Source of the DNA: an uncultured Ignavibacteria bacterium
Lineage (GTDB): Bacteria > Zixibacteria > MSB-5A5 > WJJR01
Direction of reading: 5' to 3'
NCBI GenBank assembly: GCA_964440935.1
Contig: CAYTTY010000001.1
Coordinates: 148,867 to 212,866 of the forward strand
DNA: 64,000 nt
The notes under the pieces are model-generated. The model saw only the letters and a list, made by a program, of their open reading frames with translations. It did not search any database and had not been told where the DNA came from. Shown piece by piece: positions 47,564 to 57,703 of the stretch (its first letter is position 1; every line of letters starts with the position of its first letter). The position numbers and the translations under genes were made by a program.

Positions 47564-50500
47564 CGTTTCGTCAGAGACAAGTCTAATCCTCCGATTCTTT
47601 GCTTTGTAGGTTTCGATCCGGCCATTCTCCTCAAGGATGCTGACACACCGTTTTGTGCGCCTTTCAAATATCTTGCGGGGCCTGCCACGCGTCAATACCC
47701 CTACTTCCTTGAGTACACGGGATGTCAGAGAATTCAGCGTACATGACTGATTCGGACACTTCGACAAAGCCGCAAGGATGGCGTCCTGAATCTCCGCCGT
47801 GGTTATTTCTCGCGCTCCGCGGCCTGATGGACCGAAGCCAGTATCCGAATCGCCGGATGAGTAGTCTTCATCGTCACAGCCGCTATCATCTTCCTCGACA
47901 GTATCGCCGTCGAACTCGTTAAAATCGTCTTCCTCCAAGTCGTCTTCGGGAGGCTTGTTCCCGTATGGTGAACCTGCAAAGATGCCTCGATCCTCCAGCG
48001 CCCGCCAGAGTCCGGCGAGCGCGTTCTCCTTGTTTGAGTAGAAGGCCGACTCTCTAACCCGAAAGAATTCCCAACCGCATCGCTCCAATTGGCGTTGGCG
48101 CTGCATATCGGCTTCGTAACGGTCGAGACCGTGCCAAATATCCCCGTCGCATTCGACCGCCAGCCTCGCTTGTCCGCCCTCAACCACGAGGTCAATGTAA
48201 TATCCTGCAATTTCAAATTGGGAAACCACTTCGAATCCTCTTCGGGCAATCTCCAGAGCCACGTCAACTTCGAACCAACTATCGAATGGTTGTGGCGGCT
48301 TTTCGACGCTTCGATTGTGTTGGATCGCCTGCCGCTCCAATTCATCCCGGTCGATACCTGCAATCTGTTGTGGCTTCGTGTTTTCAAAGAAATCGAGCAA
48401 CCGTCGCCTAAGACAGGATGGGCTGAGATCGTTACAAGTAACAGAATGGAAAAGAATCATCATGTCACGGGCACGACTGGCAGCCACGTTAAAGCGCCGT
48501 TCGTCCGCGGGCTTTGTAAAGGGACCGATTCTCTTGTTTCTGGCTGCGACAAGCGACAAGAACATAATGTCCCGTTCGTCACCCTGAAAACTGTAGGGAT
48601 TGCCGCAGACTAAACGGCGTCGTTCCATTTCTTCGGCCCCCAGGCGTTCGAGCAATTGATTCTCGATCAAAGCCGCTTGCGCTTCGCCTTGAAGCACCAC
48701 AACGCCCATCGACTTGTCATCGTACCGGCTGTCGCCGCACATGTCGGCGATTCTTTCAACAATGGTTTCGGCTTCCGGCCGGTTGATTGCACGGTTGTTC
48801 GAGCCTTCTCGATAACCGCCGCTCACAAGAACATGTTCCAGTGGCGACAGTCGATCCGGACCATACTGCCTCAAGGGAATCAGCGGCGTATCCGAATAGC
48901 AGAGATCGTTGCTGAATCGGATGATCTCCGGCATGCAGCGGAAGTGCTCCTGCAGCGTGATCCGCCGGGTTCCATACCGGAGTTTCCCGTGATCGAACAG
49001 GCTGCTCTCAATATCAAACGATGATTTGAACTGGAAATCATGAAGAAACTCTTCCATCAAGCGATGCACCGAGTCACGCGGCAAACCCACGGCATCCGGG
49101 CTGATCTGTTTGTCATCGCCAACAATCAAAATCTTCTTTCCAAGATAGAACAAGGGAAGCGCCTCGACACCGCATTGTGATGCCTCGTCAACGACAATTA
49201 CATCGAACATGCCGGGTGCGGGATGCACCGTGTCCCAAACGCGATGGAGCGGCATGACCCATGCTGGAACTGCTTCTCGGCATTCATTGAGATGCCCTTG
49301 AGCCTCGCGCCGATGTCGCGAGGCGTGCTTTCCCGTTCCTTTGCCAAGCCGCCGCATGGACTGCTGCCAAGCCTCCATGTGGCGGCGATGATTTTCCTTG
49401 AGCCGCGAGAAACAGAACGACCAGGCCTGAATAGAGGCGAGCTCAGCAATGATGCCATTGATCTCGTCTTCCAGTTGTTTCGCGCGCTTTGCAAGCGCGG
49501 GAAGATCTTCCTGACGGATGTATTCCTCGATCCAGTACCGCGCCTGCTCCCAATGCCAGGCGTCGCGAATCCGCTGGATTCGTTGCTCCCAATATGGCTC
49601 GTTGCAGTTTTGTTCCATGGATTCCGTTAGCTGCGGAAGCAAGCCACGCAGTTTTGAGAGATTTTCATCCACCCTCTGGAGGCGGTGTCGCTGGTCGTCC
49701 AATGCCAGAATCGTGTTCGCGCCCAGAGTAAACTTATCTATGTCGCGGCTGTGAATTGCGTTCCGTAAATCGTTTGTCACCGGGTGTGCGTCGCTCTTGG
49801 CGGCCATGCGAGAAATTGGAGCCACAACGTCTTGGATTTCTTCGCTGGCAAGCCGTTTGCGGATACGGGCCAATGCAAGGCGGCATGAGCATATAATCCT
49901 ATCAATTTGAGATTCATCGGCCCACACAGGCTCGCCCATTCCCGGGCATTGGCTTATCGCTTCCCGGCACTTGGCAATGAGTTCTTCGAGCGCTAAGGCG
50001 CTTTCGAGTGCATCACGCCTTAACTTCAATTCGGTCAGTTGGAGAGCATACGGCCCATTGACCTTTTCACTCCGCCCCTTCCAGAAACTCCATGCTTTTT
50101 CGCATTCAATACGGACGTGGAGGGAATCGGCAAGCTTTGAGAAGTGCGCGACGGTGGAGCATGAACGTCCGCCAATCTTGACGGCTTGAACAACGTACAA
50201 CCGCTCCTTTACAGGTTTTGGGCGAAATACCCACCAGCCCAGTTTTCCACCGTTCTCCATGTGCTCTTTCAGTTTGCGGGCGTCGTCATGCAGTGTTCTG
50301 ATGTCGGTGGTATCTGGGAATTCGATTCTGGACTCGTCGGCGATCGAAACGACCTGTTCGACTGATGCAATAGCGTCACTCGTTACACGCAGAAGTTCAT
50401 GCCAAAGAGCAGAATTGCTGCCCAGAATATCACGCAAAGCATCACTTATCCATGGATGTGGTGTCGAGAGCAGTCTCCTGCGGGTGTCCAGAAATGTTGA

Positions 50501-52546
50501 CAAAGCGTCTCGAATTGCCTCGATGACCGGAGGATTGTTTCTTGCTAACAGATCGACAAACGGTTCATCGGCCCCGCGTGACGCACTTTGCTCATCTTCC
50601 ATTGCGCTTGCCTCTTTCTTCAGGAGAGTGGCAAATCGCTCAGGAGATGGTAACGTATCGGGCCATCTGAGGTTTAATTCCCGGCGCTTCACTGGCGTGA
50701 ATTCGCGTAAAGCCTGAAGGATACTTCTCAAATCGTCTGTGCCGATCTGACAAGTCTTGTCCAACGGTACGGAATCTGTGAACCATTCGTAGTCGGCTCG
50801 ATCCCGGTTCACGCTTTCGGCGATTCTGGCCGCTGTGCCTCGATAAGATCCCTCCGCGATGGACTGCGTGTGCGTTTCGGATTCACGGATGTCGCGGAGC
50901 CGCCCGTTGACACTGGCCCTCTCTTCACGAAGTTCGCGTAACTTTTTCTCTAATCTGTCGCGTTCCTGGATCGCAGCATCTTCATTCCAATCTTCAAATC
51001 GTCTAAGAATGCCATTTACACTGTGCTCCAATGACTTTTTTTCTTCAGATCCGCTGCCTAACAGACTGATGCATAGTGGCGTGATCTCATCAGGTATCAG
51101 TCCGATGCTCTTCTTGTCGCGGGGCTTTGTATCCCTGGTCTTGTCGCTTTCGTTCTTGCGGCTTTCACCCAAGAGCACTTGCAGTGCCCTTGGCGTTTTC
51201 GCAGTAACCAATATGCGATTCCCAGTTGCAAGCAGATGGCAAATGAGATTGGCGATGGTGTGGGATTTTCCGGTACCGGGCGGTCCTTGCACAAGCACGC
51301 CGCTTGCGGCTCGAATTTTATCCACAATACGGCGTTGCTCATCATTCGATGGCTTGGGAAAGAAGATTTCACCATCGAATGCGGCGTTGACTTCTTCGGG
51401 TTCGTTGCTCAGTTCGCCATCGTAGTCCGGACGGATTTCCGCAATATCCGCGAATTCGCCGGGGATGACTCCACCGCTCTCGATTTGCTCCTTGATCTCT
51501 TTCAGCGCTTCGGTAAGACCCTTAGCGGAACGCTTACGCAGGATCAAAGCGGGAGCATATTCTACGATGGGCTTCGGACGGGGAGGATCGCCCTGCTTCT
51601 CCAATCTATCAAAGTATTCCCCATGAACCGGATTGCCGCTTGAGTCCCTGGATGAAGAGGAATGTGCGAGAGCTTCCAAGACACCCTCGATAATCGATAC
51701 GTCCCAAGGATCCTCAAGTGCTATAGCTTCACGCTGCGCAGCTGGATCTCCTTGCTCACGCGGAACAACTAAGCCTTCTTTTGCACGTTGCTCAGCGCCC
51801 TGCGGTTGCTCGGTCGCATCCAGCATATCCAATTCAGGGCGAAGCTTTGATCCTTCAGGATGAGGTTTGACGGTGAATCTCTGATGTTGAGCTTCAAACT
51901 CAAGTATGGCATCCGCGACAAGCAAATGGCGCCGGACGCGCTGCCCGGTGGATGTCTGCCATGTCAGCAGCCCCAGACCCAACACGAGTTCGTATTCCTC
52001 ACCAAACCGAAGCTGTTCCTGATGGATGGCAAAGAGCGCGGAATAAACTTTGTGGACTTTCTCCCACGCATTGTGTTCTTCCGTCCACGGCAACCATTTG
52101 TCTTCGACATAGCGATCCCATGCCCGTTGAACCTCGGGATGATCCTCAAGGCGTTCGGTGTGCTGGATGGTTTCTGGCTGGTCCGATTCCTCGGCCCAAT
52201 CGGGATTCGGGATTTGCCGGGTAATCTCAGGGAGGAGTTCGGGCAGATCATTCTTGTTTCTAAGCGATGGAGGGGTCACCCAGTCCTTGCACTGAGCGGG
52301 AACGGTGGGCAGTTCCGGTTCCCGCCGATTCTGCACTTCGAGCCATTCGTCCGGCTCGCGTTCCTCATCACGTCCCCATGCCTGTGTGAAGCAACCCCTA
52401 TCGTGCGGAACATTCGCGAGCCAAAGCACCTTCTCGTAATCGGAAATATCGCGGATCAGCTTTGTGCGCAGGGACGCTAATCGAAGGAGATACTCAACCA
52501 GTCTGATTGCGCTATCGCGCGTGTCCGTTTCAACTATCGAGTGCAT
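47558..52546 (-). CDS. SF1 (Upf1/DNA2-like) helicase fused to a Vsr/DUF559-like nuclease; putative defence protein
   Basis: QGPPGTGKS, VDEASQ, GDDKQ, EHFRC, FQGDE, RFNVAASRAR; C-terminal SWFE..QFEIAGYYIDLVV..AVECDG..WH..RQ..LER.GW. Confidence 0.9.
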   Translation of the reverse strand: MHSIVETDTRDSAIRLVEYLLRLASLRTKLIRDISDYEKVLWLANVPHDRGCFTQAWGRDEEREPDEWLEVQNRREPELPTVPAQCKDWVTPPSLRNKNDLPELLPEITRQIPNPDWAEESDQPETIQHTERLEDHPEVQRAWDRYVEDKWLPWTEEHNAWEKVHKVYSALFAIHQEQLRFGEEYELVLGLGLLTWQTSTGQRVRRHLLVADAILEFEAQHQRFTVKPHPEGSKLRPELDMLDATEQPQGAEQRAKEGLVVPREQGDPAAQREAIALEDPWDVSIIEGVLEALAHSSSSRDSSGNPVHGEYFDRLEKQGDPPRPKPIVEYAPALILRKRSAKGLTEALKEIKEQIESGGVIPGEFADIAEIRPDYDGELSNEPEEVNAAFDGEIFFPKPSNDEQRRIVDKIRAASGVLVQGPPGTGKSHTIANLICHLLATGNRILVTAKTPRALQVLLGESRKNESDKTRDTKPRDKKSIGLIPDEITPLCISLLGSGSEEKKSLEHSVNGILRRFEDWNEDAAIQERDRLEKKLRELREERASVNGRLRDIRESETHTQSIAEGSYRGTAARIAESVNRDRADYEWFTDSVPLDKTCQIGTDDLRSILQALREFTPVKRRELNLRWPDTLPSPERFATLLKKEASAMEDEQSASRGADEPFVDLLARNNPPVIEAIRDALSTFLDTRRRLLSTPHPWISDALRDILGSNSALWHELLRVTSDAIASVEQVVSIADESRIEFPDTTDIRTLHDDARKLKEHMENGGKLGWWVFRPKPVKERLYVVQAVKIGGRSCSTVAHFSKLADSLHVRIECEKAWSFWKGRSEKVNGPYALQLTELKLRRDALESALALEELIAKCREAISQCPGMGEPVWADESQIDRIICSCRLALARIRKRLASEEIQDVVAPISRMAAKSDAHPVTNDLRNAIHSRDIDKFTLGANTILALDDQRHRLQRVDENLSKLRGLLPQLTESMEQNCNEPYWEQRIQRIRDAWHWEQARYWIEEYIRQEDLPALAKRAKQLEDEINGIIAELASIQAWSFCFSRLKENHRRHMEAWQQSMRRLGKGTGKHASRHRREAQGHLNECREAVPAWVMPLHRVWDTVHPAPGMFDVIVVDEASQCGVEALPLFYLGKKILIVGDDKQISPDAVGLPRDSVHRLMEEFLHDFQFKSSFDIESSLFDHGKLRYGTRRITLQEHFRCMPEIIRFSNDLCYSDTPLIPLRQYGPDRLSPLEHVLVSGGYREGSNNRAINRPEAETIVERIADMCGDSRYDDKSMGVVVLQGEAQAALIENQLLERLGAEEMERRRLVCGNPYSFQGDERDIMFLSLVAARNKRIGPFTKPADERRFNVAASRARDMMILFHSVTCNDLSPSCLRRRLLDFFENTKPQQIAGIDRDELERQAIQHNRSVEKPPQPFDSWFEVDVALEIARRGFEVVSQFEIAGYYIDLVVEGGQARLAVECDGDIWHGLDRYEADMQRQRQLERCGWEFFRVRESAFYSNKENALAGLWRALEDRGIFAGSPYGNKPPEDDLEEDDFNEFDGDTVEEDDSGCDDEDYSSGDSDTGFGPSGRGAREITTAEIQDAILAALSKCPNQSCTLNSLTSRVLKEVGVLTRGRPRKIFERRTKRCVSILEENGRIETYKAKNRRIRLVSDETA

Positions 52547-52700
52547 TGCCGTTCTGAGTGTATCAGCGGTCAGAGTTTTACTGTCAGCGTTGACGGCTGC
52601 ATATTCAATCTATGTGATAATCTACCCAAACGGCGGTTCTCCGTCAATCTCTAGTAAGAGACGGAACCCGTCTCGAAGGGTATAGCCCCACGGGGCTCCC

Positions 52701-52729
52701 GACCTCTCCCAGTTGAGAGGTCTTTTTTT
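52701..52729 (+). terminator. plus-strand intrinsic terminator with no adjacent plus-strand CDS
   Basis: GACCTCTC-CCAGTT-GAGAGGTC-TTTTTTT. Confidence 0.8.
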
Positions 52730-52746
52730 GGGCTTCGGGTCAGACT

Positions 52747-52770
52747 CACGGGCGGGGACGCCTGTGGTAC
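52747..52770 (-). repeat. single REP-like palindrome just after the rlmN stop
   Basis: Minus strand GTAC-CACAGGCG-TCCC-CGCCCGTG. Confidence 0.5.
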
Positions 52771-52772
52771 GT

Positions 52773-53843
52773 CTATGGGCGGTTCCGCCCCGCTAGCTGC
52801 CCACAGGCGGCGTCAATGTCCACGCCGAACGATTTGCGGATCATCACCGCCGGTGCGCGGGGGTAGAGATAATCGCGGAAGGCGAGCATTCGCTCTTCCG
52901 ACGGGTGGCGGAATTCGGAACCGTCGTGCGGATGGAATCGGATCAGATTGATCTTGCAGGGAATGCCGTGGATGAACGAAACCAGTTTCCGGGCATCGTC
53001 AATAGAATCGTTAATACCATCCATCAGGATGTACTCAAAGGTGACGCGATGTTTGGTGGCTTCTGTCACGGCGATGGCGGCGTCTTTGAGTTCCGCCAAC
53101 GGATAGCGACGGTTGATCGGCATCAGTTCGGAACGCAGTTTGTCATCGGCGGTAATCAGCGAGATCGCCAAGTGCGCTTTGATGCGATCCTGCGCCCAGC
53201 GGTGAATCTGCGGCACCAGGCCGACCGTTGAGACCGTTGTCTTGCGAATCGAGACCTCGAGTCCCGATGTCGAAGCAATCACATCCAAGACAGTTTTGAC
53301 CGCATCGTAATTCTGCAGCGGCTCACCCATTCCCATAAAGACGACATTGGTCACTCGTTCATCTTCGGGCAGTAACTCCCCCGCGCGGATGATTTGGCCG
53401 ACAATCTCTGCTGGTGTCAGATTGCGTTGAAAGCCCATTTGGGCGGTCGCGCAGAAGCGGCAGCCCAGCCCGCAGCCCGACTGGGTGGAAACGCAGACTG
53501 TACGCCGTTCGCCATCGCGCATGAGCACGCTTTCCCAAACATCGGTATCATCACCGAAGAGGAGTTTCTGGGTTCCGTCGGGGGAGTCTTGGATCGCCTT
53601 CGGCTTGGGCGTGTCGAGTGAAAACCGATCGGACAGTCTGTCACGCAGGCCGCCATTGAGATTGGTCATGTCATGGAAGTCGAACACGCCGTGGCGGTAG
53701 ACCCAATTTCCGATCTGCTGGCCGCGATACGATGGCTCTCCAAATTCGTCAGTCAATCGCTGGCCAATTTGTCCGGCCGTCAGTCCCAGCAGGTTTTCTT
53801 TGGTGGTAGTGGCACCGGCTGTGATTTCATCATTGGTCCTCAT
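52773..53843 (-). CDS. rlmN: dual-specificity RNA methyltransferase RlmN
   Basis: CVSTQSGCGLGCRFCAT, VFMGMGEP, DIDAACGQL. Confidence 0.96.
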   Translation of the reverse strand: MRTNDEITAGATTTKENLLGLTAGQIGQRLTDEFGEPSYRGQQIGNWVYRHGVFDFHDMTNLNGGLRDRLSDRFSLDTPKPKAIQDSPDGTQKLLFGDDTDVWESVLMRDGERRTVCVSTQSGCGLGCRFCATAQMGFQRNLTPAEIVGQIIRAGELLPEDERVTNVVFMGMGEPLQNYDAVKTVLDVIASTSGLEVSIRKTTVSTVGLVPQIHRWAQDRIKAHLAISLITADDKLRSELMPINRRYPLAELKDAAIAVTEATKHRVTFEYILMDGINDSIDDARKLVSFIHGIPCKINLIRFHPHDGSEFRHPSEERMLAFRDYLYPRAPAVMIRKSFGVDIDAACGQLAGRNRP

Positions 53844-54000
53844 AGGGTTACATACGCGCTAAACGACTCGTTTGCAGAGGCACTCGTGCGGCAAAAGCCG
53901 TTCTCAACGGACTCCCTATTGTGCCGGGGCTGGTTAAGGTTTATCGCGAACCCACCGACAATAGAGGTGAGAGGAGTCGGGCACTCAGCCCGGAGGCCAA

Positions 54001-54387
54001 ATGTTCTCAGAAGACGCCCGCATTCTCGTCATTGACGACGAAAAAGAGATCACCGAAATCGTCGATGCCTTCCTCACGACGGCCGGATACGATGTTGCGA
54101 TCGAAAATACTGCCCAAGGCGGTATCGAGCGGGCTCAGTCGTTTAAGCCACACCTGATTCTCCTGGATATCATGATGCCGAGCATGGACGGTTACGAGGT
54201 CTGTAATCAGTTGAAGCAAAGCACCGTAACTGCTGATATACCAGTGGTTTTCCTTACCGGCAAGGATGCCCGCGATGACCAGGGGCGTAGCTTTCGGGCA
54301 GGGTGTGACCTTTTCGTGAAGAAGCCGTTTTCCTGCGAACGTCTCCTCGATATCGTCAGGATCGTCCTGCTTTCAGTCAGCAAATAG
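54001..54387 (+). CDS. single-domain response regulator (receiver only)
   Basis: ILVIDD, LLDIMMP.MDG, FLTG, KPF. Confidence 0.93.
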   Translation: MFSEDARILVIDDEKEITEIVDAFLTTAGYDVAIENTAQGGIERAQSFKPHLILLDIMMPSMDGYEVCNQLKQSTVTADIPVVFLTGKDARDDQGRSFRAGCDLFVKKPFSCERLLDIVRIVLLSVSK

Positions 54388-54471
54388 GCTCGACCTCTTT
54401 TTTTGCCCCGCTTTTTGTGCAACGCACAATGAATCGAAATCGTAGTACAGGTGAAAGTTACGAGCGTTTTT

Positions 54472-55140
54472 ATGACTGAACCGAGGATAATCAAGCGGTA
54501 TCGGAATCGTCGCCTGTATGACACCCAAACCAAGGAACAGATTACCCTGCAACGGGTTCGCGAGCTTGTTAAGGCCGGGGTCGACTTCCGGGTTCGCGAA
54601 AGCCACACAGATCGCGACCTGACGGTGCTGGTCCTCAGCCAGGTTTTGGGCGAGGAAATCCGCAACTGGCATGACCGAGATGATGCGAACGAGGTCTTAC
54701 GAGAGTTAATCAAACGAGGAGGGGATGCGAGTATGACCATTTTATCGAAGACCGTGCTGGCCGCGATCGGTGCGTTGTCGCTGACAAAGGAGAACGCCGA
54801 GCGGATCGTGGACGAATTGATCAAGCGCGGTGAGCTCGACAAGAGCAAGCGGGCCGAAGCGATCAAGGAAGCGGCTGACAAGGCAGAACAACGCGCTCGT
54901 GGTACCTACGACCGTATGCGTGACAGTGTCAAAACCTCCGGGGCCAAACAGCGCATGGACAAGATCATCGAAGGTGTCACGGCACGCGTGAAAGACATCC
55001 AGGAACATGCCAACCGGCTGCGACCGGCCAGCAGTGAAGAAATCGATTCACTGAAGCAGACCATTGTCGACTTGGAACAGAAGGTCGAGGAGCTTAAGCA
55101 GCACTCGGAAGAACAGTCAGACGAAACTAAAGAGGTATAA
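54472..55140 (+). CDS. PHA-regulator DNA-binding domain (PhaR-like) fused to a phasin-like domain
   Basis: IIKRYRNRRLYDT...ITL; then LAAIGALSLTKENAERIVDELIKRGEL and a C-terminal coiled coil. Confidence 0.8.
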   Translation: MTEPRIIKRYRNRRLYDTQTKEQITLQRVRELVKAGVDFRVRESHTDRDLTVLVLSQVLGEEIRNWHDRDDANEVLRELIKRGGDASMTILSKTVLAAIGALSLTKENAERIVDELIKRGELDKSKRAEAIKEAADKAEQRARGTYDRMRDSVKTSGAKQRMDKIIEGVTARVKDIQEHANRLRPASSEEIDSLKQTIVDLEQKVEELKQHSEEQSDETKEV

Positions 55141-55307
55141 TCTGATTCTCGGCTGACAGTTGAACAACCATTGTCATTTTGATTTAATACTCACCCGACA
55201 AGCGGTCGTCCGACCGCTTGTCTATTTCTTGTTATTGGGGACCGACAAGGTCTTGCTATTGGCCGAGTGCTTCATGTATTCTCCGCCCACGTTTGAGGAG
55301 TGACAGG

Positions 55308-56030
55308 ATGCTGAAGATCTTTGTGTTTTTACTAGTGGCGGCACTGGCCAATGTGGCGGGCGGGGCGATGTATGTACTCCGCCGGCAGTGGGAGCAGGAA
55401 TCACTGCGCCTCCTCATCGGGGCTGGTGCCGGTTTTATGCTCGCGGTGGCGCTGGCGGAGATCCTACCGGAGGCAACGGCGCGCACTTCAGACGTTGCGC
55501 TTTGGATTCTGGGCGGATTTCTCTTCGTTCACATCTTCGAGCATATCCTTACTCCGCATTTCCACTACGGCCACGAGCGTCATGAGGGCTTATCGCCTCG
55601 CGTCGGAGTGGCGGCCACGGGTGGCCTGCTGATGCATTCGGTGACCGATGGCGTCGCAATTGTGGCATCATCGGATGTCGATGCAGCGCTTGGGTTACTG
55701 GTTCTTGCCGCAGTGGTCTGGCACAAGATTCCCGCCGGGTTTACGGCTGCGTCGATTGTGGGGGCGACGGGTGGAGGACGCTCGACGTCGCTCGCCGCAT
55801 CTGCCATTGTCGGAGTCGGCACGCTGATCGGCGGGGTGATTTACATGATGCTGCCCGCCGATCAGTGGTTGGGACCGGCTCTCGGAGTGTCTGTTGGCTC
55901 CCTGTTGTACGTATCAGCAACCGATCTGCTGCCCGAGATCAACCGGCAGCGGAGTGCGTGGGCTCCACTGGGCATTATCCTTGGTGTCGGGGTTTTCTAC
56001 CTGACACATCTGTTTATGCATCAACATTGA
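55308..56030 (+). CDS. ZIP-family metal transporter
   Basis: GAGFMLA, His-rich loop HFHYGHERH, HSVTDG, HKIPAG, LYVSATDLLPE. Confidence 0.92.
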   Translation: MLKIFVFLLVAALANVAGGAMYVLRRQWEQESLRLLIGAGAGFMLAVALAEILPEATARTSDVALWILGGFLFVHIFEHILTPHFHYGHERHEGLSPRVGVAATGGLLMHSVTDGVAIVASSDVDAALGLLVLAAVVWHKIPAGFTAASIVGATGGGRSTSLAASAIVGVGTLIGGVIYMMLPADQWLGPALGVSVGSLLYVSATDLLPEINRQRSAWAPLGIILGVGVFYLTHLFMHQH

Positions 56031-56193
56031 GACTGCGACGTTGCGCGGTGGCGACGGACGCATATCTTGTCACACGTCGCGCCGTCGGTAATGGCGTCAG
56101 CGGCGTGTCCCTGCGCGGAAACCCGGCGGGGGAGCCCGACGTACAATAGCCGTGTTCACACGTCATAGTCCGACTGCGACGATGGAGGGTATT

Positions 56194-56883
56194 GTGAAAA
56201 AAGCAAGATTGCTTTCGATCATTGGCGGCAGTCTGTTAATCGTGATGGCGCTAAGCGTGAGCCAGTCACACGCGCAGTTCTTCGGCCAGGTCTCTACAGC
56301 CCGCACGCTGGTGCGCGGCGCCAACGATGTCGGGGGATATATCGGGATATTCGATGGTTTCACCACGTTGTTTGGCCAATATCGCCGTGGGTTGTCCCCC
56401 AGCATGGACTTTGGTTTGCAGGCAGGATTGATCGATCCGGATGCGCGCGGCGCCGATGCCGGCCTCATTGTGGGCGGTGATCTGAAATGGAACGTCATGT
56501 CCGCCGGGTACGATCCGTTTGATATGGCCCTGGGCGCGCGTGGTTCATTTTACGATATTAGCAGTGTCTCGGTATTTGCTCTGGGCGCATCGGTGATCAT
56601 TTCACGCGATTATGCGATCGAGGGGGGTGGCATCCTGGCGCCGTATGGGTCGGTTAACGTCAGGCTGGAGCACGCGTCGTATGACGCGGTCAGTTCTTTT
56701 GACCCACCGCGATCCAGAAGCACTGCATATGCGGACAACGAGTTCGATGATGACGACACCAATCTCGAAATCGGTGGTACCGCCGGTGTGAAATGGGAGT
56801 TGTCCGATTTTGTCGATGCCCTCGGTGAAGTTGTCCTCGAGGAAGATTGGGGTCTTGTACTGGGGCTGAACTTCAAACTCTAG
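56194..56883 (+). CDS. exported protein, probable small outer-membrane beta-barrel
   Basis: Signal peptide ending SHA-Q, Gly/aromatic alternating strands, C-terminal GLNFKL. Confidence 0.65.
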   Translation: MKKARLLSIIGGSLLIVMALSVSQSHAQFFGQVSTARTLVRGANDVGGYIGIFDGFTTLFGQYRRGLSPSMDFGLQAGLIDPDARGADAGLIVGGDLKWNVMSAGYDPFDMALGARGSFYDISSVSVFALGASVIISRDYAIEGGGILAPYGSVNVRLEHASYDAVSSFDPPRSRSTAYADNEFDDDDTNLEIGGTAGVKWELSDFVDALGEVVLEEDWGLVLGLNFKL

Positions 56884-56903
56884 ACCGTCACCACACACTC
56901 TGA

Positions 56904-57689
56904 ATGGGAATCCTCGAAGCCATCCTCCTTGGAGTGATCCAGGGACTGACTGAATTTCTTCCCATCTCCAGTTCCGGCCATCTCGTGCTGGCCCAGCGGC
57001 TCCTGGCATTGGAACCGGGTGATCTCTCGTTCGAGGTCGCCGTTCACGGTGGAACACTCTTGGCCGTCGTGGTTTACTTCTGGCCCCGTATTCGATCCAT
57101 AATCCGCTCGGTTGTTGGTATGGCCGAAGACCGCGCCCAGCGACTCAATGACCTCAGGTTGGTGATCTTTATCGTGGTGGGAATGATTCCGGCGGTGGTG
57201 ATTGGGCTCGCGTTTAAGGGTCATGTGGAACGGCTCTTTGCGGCGCCCATCGCCGCTGCGATTGCGTTGATCGTGACTGGCATCTGGCTTCTGCTGATGC
57301 GACTGGTCAGATCATCGCACCGCGAGCTAACAAAAGGACGCGCATTTATCATCGGGCTGTCACAAGCCGCCGCCATCGTTCCCGGCATTTCCCGGTCCGG
57401 TGCGACGATTGCGACCGGTTCGATGCTCGGTATACCGGCCACCAAGGCGGCCGAGTTTTCGTTTCTGCTTTCTGCTCCGGCAATCTTCGGGGCCATTCTG
57501 TTGACCGTTCCCGAGGCGATGACCTTTGGCAGCTTCGGTATGATGCACATCATCGGGGCCGTTGCTGCGGCGATTGTTGGGTACATCTCGATTCGCTGGG
57601 TGTTCGCCGCAATACGGCATGGGAATTTCGTCTGGTTCGGCGTCTACTGTCTTGTCGTCGGCGGTCTTTCCACGATCCTGCTGATGTAG
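56904..57689 (+). CDS. uppP: undecaprenyl-diphosphate phosphatase
   Basis: QGLTEFLPISSSGH, PGISRSGATI, AAEFSFLL. Confidence 0.97.
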   Translation: MGILEAILLGVIQGLTEFLPISSSGHLVLAQRLLALEPGDLSFEVAVHGGTLLAVVVYFWPRIRSIIRSVVGMAEDRAQRLNDLRLVIFIVVGMIPAVVIGLAFKGHVERLFAAPIAAAIALIVTGIWLLLMRLVRSSHRELTKGRAFIIGLSQAAAIVPGISRSGATIATGSMLGIPATKAAEFSFLLSAPAIFGAILLTVPEAMTFGSFGMMHIIGAVAAAIVGYISIRWVFAAIRHGNFVWFGVYCLVVGGLSTILLM

Positions 57690-57703
57690 TACCTTTACCG
57701 CGG

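Noticed and set aside
47041-52704. TATAGCC(CC)ACGGGGC..GACC at both ends of the island as attL/attR
   Set aside because: Imperfect match, no integrase or tRNA target; the left copy is explained as a REP X half. Still worth rechecking against an empty allele.
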